Position numbers and translations under genes: made by a program
Part shown: in pieces, positions 1-11,443 of the stretch
How positions within the stretch are numbered: the first letter of the stretch is position 1
How the letters are laid out: every line of letters begins with the position of its first letter
Assembly: GCF_004010195.1 (NCBI RefSeq)
Contig: NC_057720.1
Span: forward strand, 3,964,792 to 4,021,471
Origin: Chiloscyllium plagiosum
Lineage: Eukaryota
Length of the DNA stretch: 56,680 nt
Direction of reading: 5' to 3'
Notes under the pieces: generated by a model
Database searches by the model: none
What the model was told of the DNA's origin: nothing
What the model saw: the letters and a program-made list of their open reading frames with translations, nothing else

Positions 1-340
1 GTGAGTTTTCTGATGAGGTAACTGAGAGAGTTGATGAGGGTCACATTGTTAATGTGATGTACACGAACTTCCAAAAGGTCTTCACTAGATTCTCATGTAA
101 TGGACTTGTCAGCTCAGCTGATACCTCTGGAATAAAAGAGGAAGTGCCAGCAGGGAAAGGAAACTTTGAATGACAGAGAGAGTTGGAACATCAGTCCCCA
201 CCTTGGACAAAAGGCTAGGTTCCCAGGGGTTGGAATTGGGGTCACTGCTTTTCTAGATCCATATTAATGATCATGACTATGACATAAAAAGCACAATTTC
301 AGATGCAAACTGTGGGCAGTGTTGTGACCTGTGAGGAGGT
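1..340 (+). mobile_element. Old CR1 LINE ORF2 (RT) remnant
   Basis: Frame from nt 3 reads EFSDEVTERVDEGHIVNVMYTNFQKVF, a decayed form of the CR1 EFFEEVT..VD.G..VDVVY.DF.KAFD motif. A degenerate GVPQG-like segment follows near 220. Confidence 0.7.
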
Positions 341-687
341 TACAGCTACAGAGGTCAACAGCACAGTAAAAGGCCCTTTGGCTCATCAAGTCTGTGCTGG
401 TCAAAAACAGCCCCCTAACGATTCTAATCTCAGAGTCCAGCACTTGGCCCATAGCTGTGTTTGCCTTGGCATGGCAATACTTGTTCAATACAATGAGGGT
501 TTCTGCCTCTCCCACCCTTACAGGCAGGGAGTTCTAGACTCTCAACACCATCTGGATGGAAAACGTATTGCCTCACTAAAGGGACCTGAGGCGCGACCTT
601 TTCATGCAGAGGCTGGTGCGTATATGGAATGAGATGCCAGAGGACGTGATGGAGGCTGATACAGTTACAATATTTAAAAGGCCACGC

Positions 688-1192
688 TGTGGAGGTGCTG
701 GTGTTGGACTGAGTCAGAACTCTCTCAACACCAGATTAGAGTCCAACAGGTTTATATGAAATCGCAACCTTTTTGGAGTGCTGCTCATTGGTCAGGTGAA
801 GTCACTTCACCTGATGAAGGAGCACCAATCTAAAAGCGCGTGATTTCAAATAAACCTGTAACCTGGTGAAAGTGAGTACTGCAGATGCTAAAGATTAGAG
901 TCAAGAATCTGGTGCTGGTAAACGACAGCAGGTCAGGCAGCATCCCAGGAGCAGGAATTTTTCGGTCAAAAGGATCTTTTCCAGCACCACACTCTTGACT
1001 CTAATCTCCAGCATCTGCAGCCCTCACTTTCACCTAGTTGATTTTAACCCCACTGCAAATTCTCTTCCAAGGATGCCTACCTTGAAGAAGTTCTCCTCCT
1101 CTCATTCCTGATGACAGCTTTTGCCTGAAATGTCGATTTTCCTGCTCCTCGGATGCTGCCAGATGGACTATAACCTGGTGTTGTGTGACTTA
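688..1192. mobile_element. Penelope pseudo-LTR fold-back (family A) interrupted by a family-B fold-back (869-1165), both inside a CR1 3' end
   Basis: Inverted repeat centred on caggtgaagt-c-acttcacctg (793-813), with CTGATGA at 811. The outer TSD-like pair is aatatttaaaaggc / aacattcaaaaggc. The inner element is flanked by taacctggtg at 859-868 and 1171-1180. Confidence 0.7.
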
Positions 1193-1249
1193 ACATTCAA
1201 AAGGCATCTGGATGGGTATATGAATAGGAAAGGGTTAGAGGAATATGGG

Positions 1250-1455
1250 GGTCGAGAGTGCAGTGCTGGGAAAGCACAGCAGATCAGACAGCATCCAAGC
1301 AGCAGGAGAATAGACATTTTGGGCATAAGCCCTTCATCAGGAATGCCCGAAAAATCAATTCTCCTGCTCCTTGGATGCTGCTTGACCTGCTGTGCTTTTC
1401 CAGCACCACACTCTTGACTCTGATCTCCAGCATCTGCAGTCCTCACTTTCTACTG
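1250..1455. mobile_element. Penelope pLTR-derived fold-back mini-element (family B)
   Basis: Arms gtgctgg.aaagcacagcag...gcagcatcc and their reverse complement. TSD agagg(a/g)atatggg at 1237-1249 and 1456-1468. Confidence 0.8.
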
Positions 1456-1544
1456 AGAGGGATATGGGCCAAGTGCTGGCAAATGGGACTAGATTAGTTT
1501 AGGATATCTGGTTGGCATGGACGAATTGTATAGAAGGGTTTACC

Positions 1545-2515
1545 GCAAGGATCTGTTTTGGGGCCACTGCTGTTTATCATTTTTATAAATGACCTAGCTG
1601 AGGGCTTAGAAGGATAGGTTCATAAATTTGCAGATGACACTAAAGTCGGTGGAGTGTGGACAGTGCTGAAGGATGTTGCAGGGTACAGAGGGACATAGAT
1701 TAGCTGCAGTGTTGTGCTGAGAGGTGGCAACTAGAGTTTAATGTGGAAAAGTGTGAGGTAATTCACTTTGGAAGGAGTAATAGGAATTCAGAGTACTAGC
1801 TAATGATAAGATTCTTGATAGTGTAGATGAGCAGAGAGATCTCTGTCCATGTACATAGATCCCTGAAAGTTGCCACCCAGGTTGATAGGGTTGTTAAGAA
1901 GGTATACTATGTGCTAGCTTTTATTGGTGGAGGTTTTGAGTTTTGGAACCATGAGGTTATGCTGCAGCTGTACAAAACTCTGGTGTGGCCACATTTGGAG
2001 TATTGCGTACAGTTCTGCTCACTGCACTATAGGAAGATGTGGAAGCTTTGGAAAGGATTTACCAGGATGTTGCCTGTTATGGAGGACAGGTCTTATGAGG
2101 AAAGGCTGAGGGACTGGAGGCTGTTTTTGTCGGAGAGAAGAAGGTTGAGAGATGACTTGATTGAGACATACAAGATAATCAGAGGTTTAGATAGGGTGGA
2201 CAGAGAGAGCCTTTTTCCTTGGTTGGTGATGGCTAGCACAGGCGACATAGTTTTAAACTGAGGGGCGATAGATAAAGGACAGATGTCAGAGGGAATTTCT
2301 TTCCTCAGAGAGTAGTAGGGGTGTGGAACACCCTGCCTGCAACAGTAGTAGACTCGTCAACATTAAGGAAATTTAAATGGTCATTGGATAAACATATGGA
2401 TGATAATGAAATAGTGTAAGTTAGACAGGCTTCAGATTGGTTCCACAGGTCGGTACAACATCGAGGGCCGAAGGGTCTGTACTGCGCTGTAATGTTCTAT
2501 TTTCTATGTTATATG
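1545..2515 (+). mobile_element. CR1 LINE 3' portion (RT C-terminus + 3'UTR)
   Basis: LGPLLF..FINDL, KFADDTK and LYKTLV.PHLEYCVQF motifs with frameshifts. The 3' tail is gggccgaagggtctgtactgcgctgtaa(tgttcta)n. Confidence 0.92.
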
Positions 2516-2744
2516 TCTGTTTCCTAGCTGTATAATTCCAAGGCTCTATCTTCTCTAAGTCTCATGCCCCTTACCTTAAATCTACACATCCTGCTCATTG
2601 ATTCTCCATCAAGGGGAAAAGAATGGTGATGGATTGCATGAGTGCAGGAGTCCATGATCCTATTGGAGCAGGCTGAATGGGCTGAATGGCCTACTGCGCT
2701 TCCTTGATCTTGAGTTAGGACACACGGTCAACATGGGAAAGCAA

Positions 2745-2804
2745 GGGGTCAGGGCCGGATGGGGTCATGGCGGGGTGGGGGTCAGGGCCGGATGGGGTCA
2801 GGGC
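2745..2804 (+). repeat. G-rich ~16-bp tandem repeat (ggggtcagggccggat)
   Basis: About four imperfect copies visible directly. Confidence 0.7.
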
Positions 2805-2991
2805 GCAGCAGGATGTGATTTAATGTGGAGAAATGTGAAGTGATATATATTGGCAGAAAGAAAGGTCCAATTCTAAGGGGGATGTAGGAGCAACCTGACC
2901 TGGTAGTAAAACTGCACGAGGGCATTAAGAAAGGGATTTGTCAGTAAATAGAGAACGGCTGTGGTTTTTTGCCATGGGCAGACCCTCTGGT

Positions 2992-3274
2992 GGGTGGCAC
3001 GGTGGCACAGCAGTTAGCACTGCTGCCTCACAGCGCCAGAGACCTGGGTTCAATTCCCGCCTCAGGCGACTGACTGTGTGGAGTTTGCACGTTCTCCGGT
3101 TTCCTCCCACAGTCCAAAGATGTGCAGGTCAGGTGAATTGGCCATGCTAAATTGCCTGTAGTGTTAGGCAAGGGGTAAATGTAGGGGTATGGGTGGGTTA
3201 CGTTTCGGCGGGTCGTTGTGGACTTGTTGGGCCGAAGGGCCTGTTTCCACACTGTAATCTAATCTAATCTAATC
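2992..3274 (+). mobile_element. HE1-type tRNA-derived V-SINE
   Basis: tRNA head with A box (tggcacagcagtt) and B box (ggttcaattcc), V-domain tgtgtggagtttgcac, CR1-like tail and (aatct)n end. Confidence 0.92.
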
Positions 3275-3337
3275 TCTCTGTTTTAGCAGAAATTATAGAA
3301 GATTCTTGAAATCCTAAACCCCATCCTCCATTCCCCC

Positions 3338-4040
3338 ATGGAGAAACTCAGCAGGTCTGGCAGCATTTGTGGAAAGAGAAACAGAGTTAACATTTAGAGT
3401 CCAGTGACTCTTCTTCAGAATGGATAGTAGCGAGGAATACATCCGTATTTACATCCTGGTGTTGGCAGAGAAGAGTGATTGGATAGGAGCCTGGTCCACC
3501 ATTCAATGGCTGGTCTGTGGCCTAACTCTATACATTTGCCTTTGGCCCCTACCCCTCAATGTCTTAGTTTAACAAAAACATATCTCTCTCAGATTTAAAA
3601 TTAACAACTGATCCAGCATCCATTGCTGTTTGTGGAAGAGAGTTCCAAACCTCTACCAGCCTTTGTGTGTAGAAGTGATTCCTAACATCTCTCCTGAACA
3701 CTCTGGCCTGGTTTATCTTTATCTAACCTGGAGGGAAAGCCCAGAGAGACGGGGGATGTGGGTGGGGTGGGTGGGGGGGATGGAATAGAGATAGAGAGAC
3801 AGAGAGAGAGAGAGACGATAGTAAGCCAAGGATGGAGAAAAACTAATAAAGGGGAGACTGAGTGCGTGGAAATGGCTTGGCTGTGCTGAAAGCAGCCTGG
3901 GTGATGATAGGACCTGGGCTGTGGGGATGGGGAAAAGTGGTGGTCATGCTCAAAAATAACTGAACTGGATAGTGAGTCTGGAGGGCTGCAAGGTTCCCAA
4001 GTGGAAAATGGCGTGGTACTCTCCCAGCTTGTACTCTAAG
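3338..4040 (-). mobile_element. Fragmented Penelope-like element (pLTR family C + 3' ORF remnant), interrupted by a CR1 3' end and (AG)n
   Basis: ctcagcaggtctggcagcat...gagtccagtgactcttcttcagaa carries a hammerhead core on the - strand. The remnant resumes at about 4880 after the nested CR1. Confidence 0.55.
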
Positions 4041-4878
4041 ACCATAAGACATAGGAGCAGAAGTAAGGCCATTCAGCCCATCGAGTCCACTCCACCATTC
4101 AATCATGGCTGATGGGCATTTCAACTCCACTTACCCGCATTCTCCCCGTAGCCCTTAATTCCTTGTGACATCAAGAATTTATCAATCTCTGCCTTGAAGA
4201 CATTTAGCATCCCGGCCTCCACTGCACTCTGCGGCAATGAATTCCACAGGCCCACCACTCTCTGGCTGAAGAAACGTTTCCGCATTTCTGTTCTGAATTT
4301 ACCCACTCTAATTCTAAGACTGTGTCCACGGGTCCTAGTCTCCTATCCTAACGGAAACAATTTCCTAGCGTCCACCCTCTCCAAGCCATGTATTATCTTG
4401 TAAGTTTCTATTAGATCTCCCCTTAATCTTCTAAACTCCAATGAATACAATCCCAGGATCCTCACCCGTTCCTCACTCCCAGATCCCTTTGTACTTTGGC
4501 TTTATGAATTTTCTCACCATTTAGAAAGTAGTCCATGCTTGTATTCTTTTTTCCAAAATGCAAGACCTCGCATTTGCTCACGTTGAATTCCATCAGCCGT
4601 TTCCTGGACCACTCTTCCAAATCCTTCTGCAGCCTCCCCACTTTCTCAGTACTACCTGCCTGTCCACCTAACTTCGTATCATCGGCAAACTTCGCTAGAA
4701 TGCCTCCAGTCCCTTCATCCAGATCATTAATATATAATGTGAACAGCTGCGGCCCCAACACTGAACCCTGCGGGACACCACTTGTCACCGGCTGCCATTC
4801 CGAAAAAGAACCTTTTATCCCAACTCTCTGTCTTCTGTCAGACAGCCAATCCTCAATCCATACCAGTAGCTCACCTCA
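4037..4878 (-). mobile_element. Young 5'-truncated CR1 LINE
   Basis: ORF TSGVPQGSVLGPQLFTLYINDLDEG...AKFADDTKLGG and a (cttatggt)-type 3' tail. An internal deletion lies near 4470. Confidence 0.93.
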
Positions 4879-5117
4879 TACTGAGCTTCACGGGAGCACT
4901 GTAGCAAAACGTGAGGCAGGATAGAAATACTGTCTAAGGAAACCTTCACTGACAATGCCAGTTTTATAGTTGGGAACATGTTGGAGTAGTCATTCTGTCA
5001 GATGGTAAGGTACCTTTAGGAAAGGTTGGAGAATGTTAAATTTTATTTTTTTATCTTAATGTTTCATACCACAATGTACATTACAAATGTTCAAGTTAAG
5101 TGCATTTTCCGACCAAG

Positions 5118-5271
5118 TATTTGCAGCTGCAGAATATGACTGTGGGGAATTACGCCTACGATGCAGATAAAGAGAATGGGTCCACCTTGCGGATTTGTAA
5201 GCAGCTGTTTATGAAAGATGTGCCGATACCCTCCAGGGACAAACTGCAAATCAACCCAAGCATTGTAACAG
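5118..5271 (+). CDS. MCOLN2: Mucolipin (TRPML2-like) coding exon, luminal domain (first exon in window; gene 5'-incomplete)
   Basis: Acceptor ...gaccaag|TAT and donor ACAG|gtaagg. 154 nt, YLQLQNMTVGNYAYDADKENGSTLRICKQLFMKDVPIPSRDKLQINPSIVT(E), which resembles the mucolipin luminal YxxL..G.Y.Y...C.Q segment. Ends phase 1, matching the next exon. Confidence 0.88.
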
Positions 5272-5369
5272 GTAAGGGAGATGTGTTGGAATGTTCCGAG
5301 CAGAATTAAAAAGAAAGACAGGCAATTTTTCCAGAAACTCTCATGATCTGAAGGCATCCCAAAACAGTT

Positions 5370-5652
5370 GGGTGGCATGGTGGCTCAGTGGTTAGCACTG
5401 CTTCCTTACAACACCAGGGTCCCAGCCTCTGGCGAATGTCTGTGTGGAGTTTGCACATTCTCCTCGTGTCTGCGTGGGTTTCCTCCGGGTGCTCCGGTTT
5501 CCTCCCACAGTCCAAAGATGTGCAGGTCAGGTGAATTGCCCATAGTGTTCAGGGATGTGTAGGTTAGGTGCGTTAAGTCAGGGGTAAATGAAGAGTAATA
5601 GGATAGGGGAATGTGTCTGGGTGGGTTACTGTTCGGAGGGTCATTATGGACT
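5370..5652 (+). mobile_element. HE1-type SINE
   Basis: tRNA head plus V-domain ttctcc.cgtgtctgcgtgggtttcctccgggtgctccgg. Confidence 0.9.
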
Positions 5653-7925
5653 TTTGTAGAATTGAAGTTAAAATCAGATCAACCATGATCTTACTGAGTG
5701 GCACAGCAGATTTGAAGGACCGAATGGTGTACACTTGGTCTGTGTTCACCTGGGAGGGCTGATGGGATTTTGGTTTGGTGTTTGGTCTGACAGGCAGCAC
5801 TCCCAACAGTGCAGCACCTGCCAATGTCTATGGAAACACTAATGAGTGCTGTTAACCCCGTCCTCACCAGCTACATCTCGCCCAAACCCATCTCCCTCCC
5901 TTTCCCTTTGACGCATTTTATAGTGTGAATGAAATTAGTTCGACCATTAAATAACTAGTGAGGATCACACTCTCTCTTCTACGCTCTCTTTTCCTCACTC
6001 TTCCTCTCCCTCTCTCACTCGCTTTCCCACACACCCTCCCTGCGTCCCACCCTCCCTGCATCTCTCTCTGTGTGTCTCTCTCTCTGTCTCTCTCCATTGA
6101 AAACCTAGTTTTTTAATGAGGAGCCCTGTGTGTACATGGGGTTAGATATTGTTTGGGAATTGCTGTGTTACTCAGTAACGTATGTATAAGTAGCAGCTGC
6201 TGTTTGCTAGCTGCTTGACAAACCTGTACTCTGTCATCACTGTGGATCACTGATTTGTGATCATTCTGACTTGGTGAACGATATTACTTCAGTGTGTGAG
6301 AGAACGTTTGACTTGGTTTCTACCCTACTCTGTGTTGGCTTAACTGATTCCTGGCTCAATGGTAGCTGGGGGACTGGGGGTGGATGGAGGGGGAAGTGAG
6401 AATGGGGGTGGTATAGTCTTAATATTTTGCCAGAGGAATATAAAAACATAGAAGATAGGAGTAGGCCATTCGGCCCCTCAAGTGTGCTCCATCAGTTGAT
6501 ATAATAGTGGCTGATCATCAAGCTCAAAATCCTAATTCCCCAACCCACTCCCCCATATCCCTTGATCCCTTTAGCCATTAGAGCTATATCTACCTCCTTC
6601 TTAAAAAAAAGTGTTTTGGTGTCAACCACTGTCTGTGATAGTGAATTCCCCAGGCTCCCCCACTCTCTGGGTGAAGACATTTCTCCTCATCTCAGTCCTG
6701 AAAGATTTACCCCTTATCTTTAAACTGTTAATCCTGGTTCTGCACTCCCCCACCATCGGGAACATCCTTCCTGTCTTTATCCTGTCTATTCCTGTTAGAA
6801 TGTTACAGGTTTCTATGAGATTCCTCTCATTCTTCTAAACTCCAGTGACTACAATCCTAACTGACTCAATCTCTCCTTAGTCCTGTCCTGTCATCCCAGG
6901 AATCAATTTGGGAAACCTTCACTGTACTCCCGCAATAGTAAGAACATCCTTCCTCAGATACGGAGATCAAAACAGCACACAATCCTCCAGGAGTGCCCTC
7001 ACCAAGACCCGGTACAATTGCAGCAAGACACCCCTGTCCTGTACTCGAACCCTCTCACTAAGGAGACCAACGTACAGTTCATCTTCTTCACCACCTGCTG
7101 CACCGACACACTTACCTTCAGTGACTGGTGCACATGGACACCCAGGTCTTGTTGAACATTCCCCCCACTCAGCCAATCAAATAATAAACTGCCTTCCTGT
7201 TTTTGCTTCCAAAATGAATAACTTCACATGTATCCACATTATACTGCATCTGCCATGCATTTACTCACTCCCTCAACCTGTTCAAATCACAGTGCAACAT
7301 CTCTGCATCCTTCTCCCAGCTCACTCCACTCAACTTTGTGTCATCTGAAAAGTTTGATATATCACATTTTGTTCCCTCATATAAATCATTCACAGATACT
7401 GTGAATAGCCAGGGTTCTGGTACAGATCCATGCAGTAGCCAACCAGTCAATGCCCGCCATTCAGAAAAATGGCCATTTATACCCAGTCTTTGTTTCCTGT
7501 CTGTCAACCAATGTCCAAACACTGGCCCCAATCCCATGTGTTTGAATTTTACACAATTGAATTTTGTGGGGACTTTGTTGAAAGCCGTCTGAAAGTCCAA
7601 GTAAACCACATCCACTGGTTCCCCCCCATCTTCAACTCTACTAGTTCCATCCTTGAAGAATTCGGGTAGATTTGTCAAACGTGGTTTCCCTTTTATAAAC
7701 TCCTGCTGGCTGTGTCTGATTCTACTGCTATTTTCTAAGTTCTCTGCAATAACATCCTTGATAATGGACTCTAGCCTCTCGCCTCATTCCTGATGAAGGA
7801 CTTATGCCTGAAAAGTCGATTCTCCTGCTTCCCGGATGCTGCCTGACCTGCTGTGCTTTTCCACACTCTAGCCTCTTCTCCACTATCGCAATGAGATCTA
7901 CAATTCCCTGTTTTCTCTCCATCTC

Positions 7926-8080
7926 CGGCGGAGCGAGCACCGGGCCCGGTCCCACGGCGGAGCGAGCACCGGGCCCGGTCCCACAGCGGAGCGAGCACCG
8001 GGCCCGGTCCCACGGCGGAGCGAGCACCGGGCCCGGTCCCACGGCGGAGCGGAGCACCGGGCCCGGTCCCACGGCGGAGC
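7926..8080. repeat. CpG-rich 29-bp minisatellite (CGGCGGAGCGAGCACCGGGCCCGGTCCCA) x ~5.3
   Basis: Direct reading: five head-to-tail units plus a partial unit, with no spacers. Each unit contains the 12-bp palindrome ACCGGGCCCGGT. Confidence 0.95.
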
Positions 8081-8636
8081 TGAGTGAGCGGCTGATTCTC
8101 AGAGTGGGGCGGTGGAGCAAGTGCTGAATGGAGGCTGGCATGGGGAGTCAGTGTGGCCTCTGCTCTGGTGCTGGAGGGCACAGACTGGAACGTTTACTCT
8201 GTAAGATTTGTACCTAAGATGGTGCCATTAGAGGCAGCCATATAAAGTTTTTTCACTGCTGCCATACATGTGGAGTACATGTGACAATAAAAGGATATTC
8301 CATCCTATTCAATTTGTATGCCTCTATTTTGCATCTATTACTGTCTCTAACTTTCCGTGTAAACCAGTGTTCTCCTTGCAGTCCTGGGTCAAACAGGAAT
8401 AAACAATTTTTGTTGTTCAACCATTCGCTCTTTGAATGTTGCTATTGCCAACACTGTCAGTCCTTCCAATCTACCTTAGCCAACTCCTGCCTCGTACCAT
8501 TTCAGTTTCTCTTATTAAGATTCAGGACTCTGGTCTCAGGATCAACAACCTCACTCTATCTTGAAGAAGAATTCCATCCCCAAGGGATCCCTCTCAAATA
8601 CATCACCGATTGTTCCTTTATCATTGTACGATTTGT

Positions 8637-8928
8637 GGGCGGCACGGTGGCCCAGTGGTTAGCACTGCTGCCTCACAGCGCCTGTAGACCCGGGTTCAAT
8701 TCCCGACTCAGGTGACTGACTGTGTGGAGTTTGCACATTCTCCCCATGTCTGCGTGGGTTTCCTCCGGGTGCTCCGGTTTCCTCCCACAGTCCAAAGATG
8801 TGCGGGTCAGGTGAATTGGCCATGCTAAATTGCCCGTAGTGTTAGGTTAAAGGGGTAAATGTAGGGGAATGGGTGGGTTGCGCTTCGGCGGGTCGGTGTG
8901 GACTTGTTTCCACACTGTAAGTAATCTA
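8637..8928 (+). mobile_element. HE1-type SINE
   Basis: Complete tRNA head, V-domain and tail. Confidence 0.92.
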
Positions 8929-9961
8929 AAAAAAAAAGATACCCAGCCTAAGATGACCTGTTGTCTGCTTGGTTCCTTAATGTATTGATCCAGAAAACCA
9001 GCCCATATACACGTGAGGAATTCCTCACCTACTGTATCCTGACTAATTTGATTTGCCCAATCTAAATGTAGATTAAAGTCACCCATAATTCCAGATGGTC
9101 TTTAACACATGCATCTCTGATTCCCTGTTTAATGCCATTCCCAGCAGCGCCACAACAGTTTGGTGATGAGAACCAGCGAGTGGGAAATCGGTCTCTGTAG
9201 CTGCACTGAATCTTTATTGAGTGAGCCTGGGTCAGACTAGGGGTTTGTGAATGTATGAAGCTAATCTTTACAGCTTGCTTACAATCTATTCCACAATGGG
9301 GAGTGACTGATGCACACACACACATACACTCTCTCATACACTTGCACACACAAACACACACAGTATCTCTGAAACTGTAGCTCCTAATCATTTGGAGAGT
9401 TAGGAAATAATTTAACATGAAGTTGGATATGTTTCTGCCTATGTGTAGACCAAAATATTCAGTTATTCACTCAAAAGCTGTGGTTAATAAATGGATTGAA
9501 TTTTACTGGTTAATTTGACCACTTGCATTGAAGAAATGAGTCAAGTCAACTTTTCCAGGATTTTGGAATGGTTCGTTGTTCAGTCAGTGGATCTTGTCTG
9601 TCCATTAGGAATATTGTGATCTTGTTTCCATCCAATTGTGAAGTGAAATGTTCGAGAGCGAGAGGTCATCGTTTTAGGTTTGTATGAGGTATGGTGCAGA
9701 TTTAAAATGGAGATGAGGAGAAATCACTCCTCTCAAATGGTCATGAATCTGTGGAATTCGCTCCCCCAGAGCGCAGTGGATGCTGGGACATTGTGAATTT
9801 GAGGAGAAGGTAGACAGATCTTTAATTAGGAACGATTTGATGGGGGCTATGGAGAGCAGGCTGGAAAATTGAGCTGATCGTAATAAAGAGAGGAACAGAC
9901 TCAAAGGGCTGAATCTCCTACTCTTCAGTACTTATGAAATTAATTGTTTGTTTCTTTCCAG

Positions 9962-10055
9962 AATGCATAAATATAGAATCAGCTTCTGCAATAGGGGACT
10001 CCTTTAAAGAATGGAAAATGACCAATGCATCATTTTTTGACATTGAATTTTACAG
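9962..10055 (+). CDS. MCOLN2: Mucolipin coding exon
   Basis: tttctttccag|AA...TACAG|gtaac. 94 nt, (E)CINIESASAIGDSFKEWKMTNASFFDIEFY(R). W..N.SFF..EFYR is MCOLN2-like. Confidence 0.92.
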
Positions 10056-10242
10056 GTAACTTTCTCAGCAATGTACTCAGTCATGTTTGTAGATCGTGCA
10101 GTTAGGTTTATGGCAGGCTACAGTACAGTGTATGTAATGTTGAACTCTATCTTTGGGGTGTACGTATGATGCCTGCGTTTGTAACTATAAACCTTTCAGT
10201 TATGTTTGTGTCCTGAGTTATTATTTCTTTGGTTTTATTAAG

Positions 10243-10339
10243 GTTGATACTTATAGAAATCATCTTTAAACTGAAGGGGATAGACCTACAAACTATTCGC
10301 AACAATGAATTACCGGACTGCTATCAGTTTACAATCACT
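10243..10339 (+). CDS. MCOLN2: Mucolipin coding exon
   Basis: ttttattaag|G...ACT|gtgagt. 97 nt, LILIEIIFKLKGIDLQTIRNNELPDCYQFTIT. LKGIDLQTI..ELPDCY is MCOLN2-like. Confidence 0.95.
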
Positions 10340-10387
10340 GTGAGTAATTCACCTCTTGTCATTATTTCACCTGTTGTGTTTGTACTT

Positions 10388-10640
10388 ATTCACTCGTGGC
10401 ACACGGGCATCACTGGCTGGGTCCAGTATTTATTGCCCGTCCCTAGTTGCCTCCTCAGAAGATGGGGGTGAGCTGCCTTCGTAAATCGCTGCAGTCCATG
10501 TGCTGTAGGTAGACCCACAATGCCCTTAGGGAGGGAATTCCAAGATTTTGACCCAGTGACACTGAAGGAACAGAGATATTTTCCCAAATCAGAATGGTGA
10601 GTGAGTGACGACTGGGGTGTAACTTTGAGCTGGTGAATAT
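10388..10640 (-). mobile_element. L2-clade LINE 3' end
   Basis: SFSVTGSKSWNSLPKGIVGLPTAHGLQRF.KAAH ORF2 C-terminus. Same family as 18390-18760, 37080-37590 and 51985-52235. Confidence 0.75.
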
Positions 10641-11343
10641 TCAAAAATAAAGTGTTGATGGGTGAAGGGTGTATCTTGTTGGTTCAATGGATGAACACAG
10701 GCCTGATTGGAGTGAAGCCCCTCACAACTCTCCCCACGTTTTGAGGTTAAAACCGCTTCCTGACGAAACTCTGCAGCTGGTCCCAGCACAGTGCGGTGGG
10801 GGGAGGGGGACATTGGGGTTGGGGGAGAGAAGCAGAGAGTAGACATGGATACAGTACTGAGTGATGGGACACCCTCTGGCAACTTCCTGAAACCAGGAGA
10901 ATAATGATTTCAGAAGAAGCAGAGGATGAAATGAGATGCAAATTTGAAAGGGCAGATTAAACATAAAAAAAACACACACACACAGGAGGAGAAACCAAAC
11001 TGGGCAGTGATTGGACCAAGTGTATCCCCTTTCTTCCTCTCCCTGCCCTTCCCATCCCTCTTCCCATCATCTCCTACCCCTCTTCCCCCACCCCGTCCTC
11101 CCTGCCCATCCCACTACCTCTCCGTCCCTCCCATGATTTCTTCCTCCTCCCCACCTTAATCCTGCCCCCGTTTCCCAGGCAGTGAAGGTTAGGGGAGGGG
11201 TGGGTGCTGCTGATTGGATAATTATTTGCTGAATTGCTTTGGACTGAGTGGAAGTGGGTGAGGTTTGGCTCCAGGTTGGTGTTGAGGAAGCTTCCGGAAT
11301 GTTCGTTGTCAATAACGAGGAACTTTGGCTCTCCTGATTACAG

Positions 11344-11443
11344 ATTACCTTTGACAACACAGCCCACAGTGGGATCATTAAAGTAAAGTTGGAGAGTGAG
11401 ACCACCGTTACAGAGTGTAAAGAGTGGAAGATTTCCGGATCCC
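11344..11443 (+). CDS. MCOLN2: Mucolipin coding exon
   Basis: attacag|ATT...TCCC|gtatgt. 100 nt, ITFDNTAHSGIIKVKLESETTVTECKEWKISGS, matching the FDNxAHSG family motif. Confidence 0.95.

Larger units (their letters stand above)
6445..9160 (-). mobile_element. Long decayed CR1 ORF2 (EN + RT) with nested insertions
   Basis: RT motifs (VDVVYLDFQTAF, FSDDTKL) at 7265-7680 and the EN motif MGDFN at ~9080. Interrupted by a Penelope pLTR (7770-7872), a GC-rich element (7915-8310) and a SINE (8637-8928). Confidence 0.8.

Noticed and set aside
1..6. GTGAGT at the window start as a splice donor of the upstream mucolipin exon
   Set aside because: It reads in frame as part of a decayed CR1 RT (EFSDEVTERVDEG), and the upstream sequence is not visible.
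1121..1446. Recurrent Cys-rich peptide LLLLGCCLTCCAFPAPHS in many small ORFs
   Set aside because: It is a translation of the family-B pLTR arms, appears on both strands because the element is palindromic, and has no consistent start or frame.
2992..3065. tRNA genes at SINE heads
   Set aside because: The A/B boxes continue into V-domain and LINE-like tails in every copy, so these are SINEs and not tRNAs.
7926..8080. CRISPR-like array (29-bp palindromic repeats)
   Set aside because: Units are head-to-tail with no unique spacers, there are no cas genes, and the context is a vertebrate intron. It is a minisatellite.
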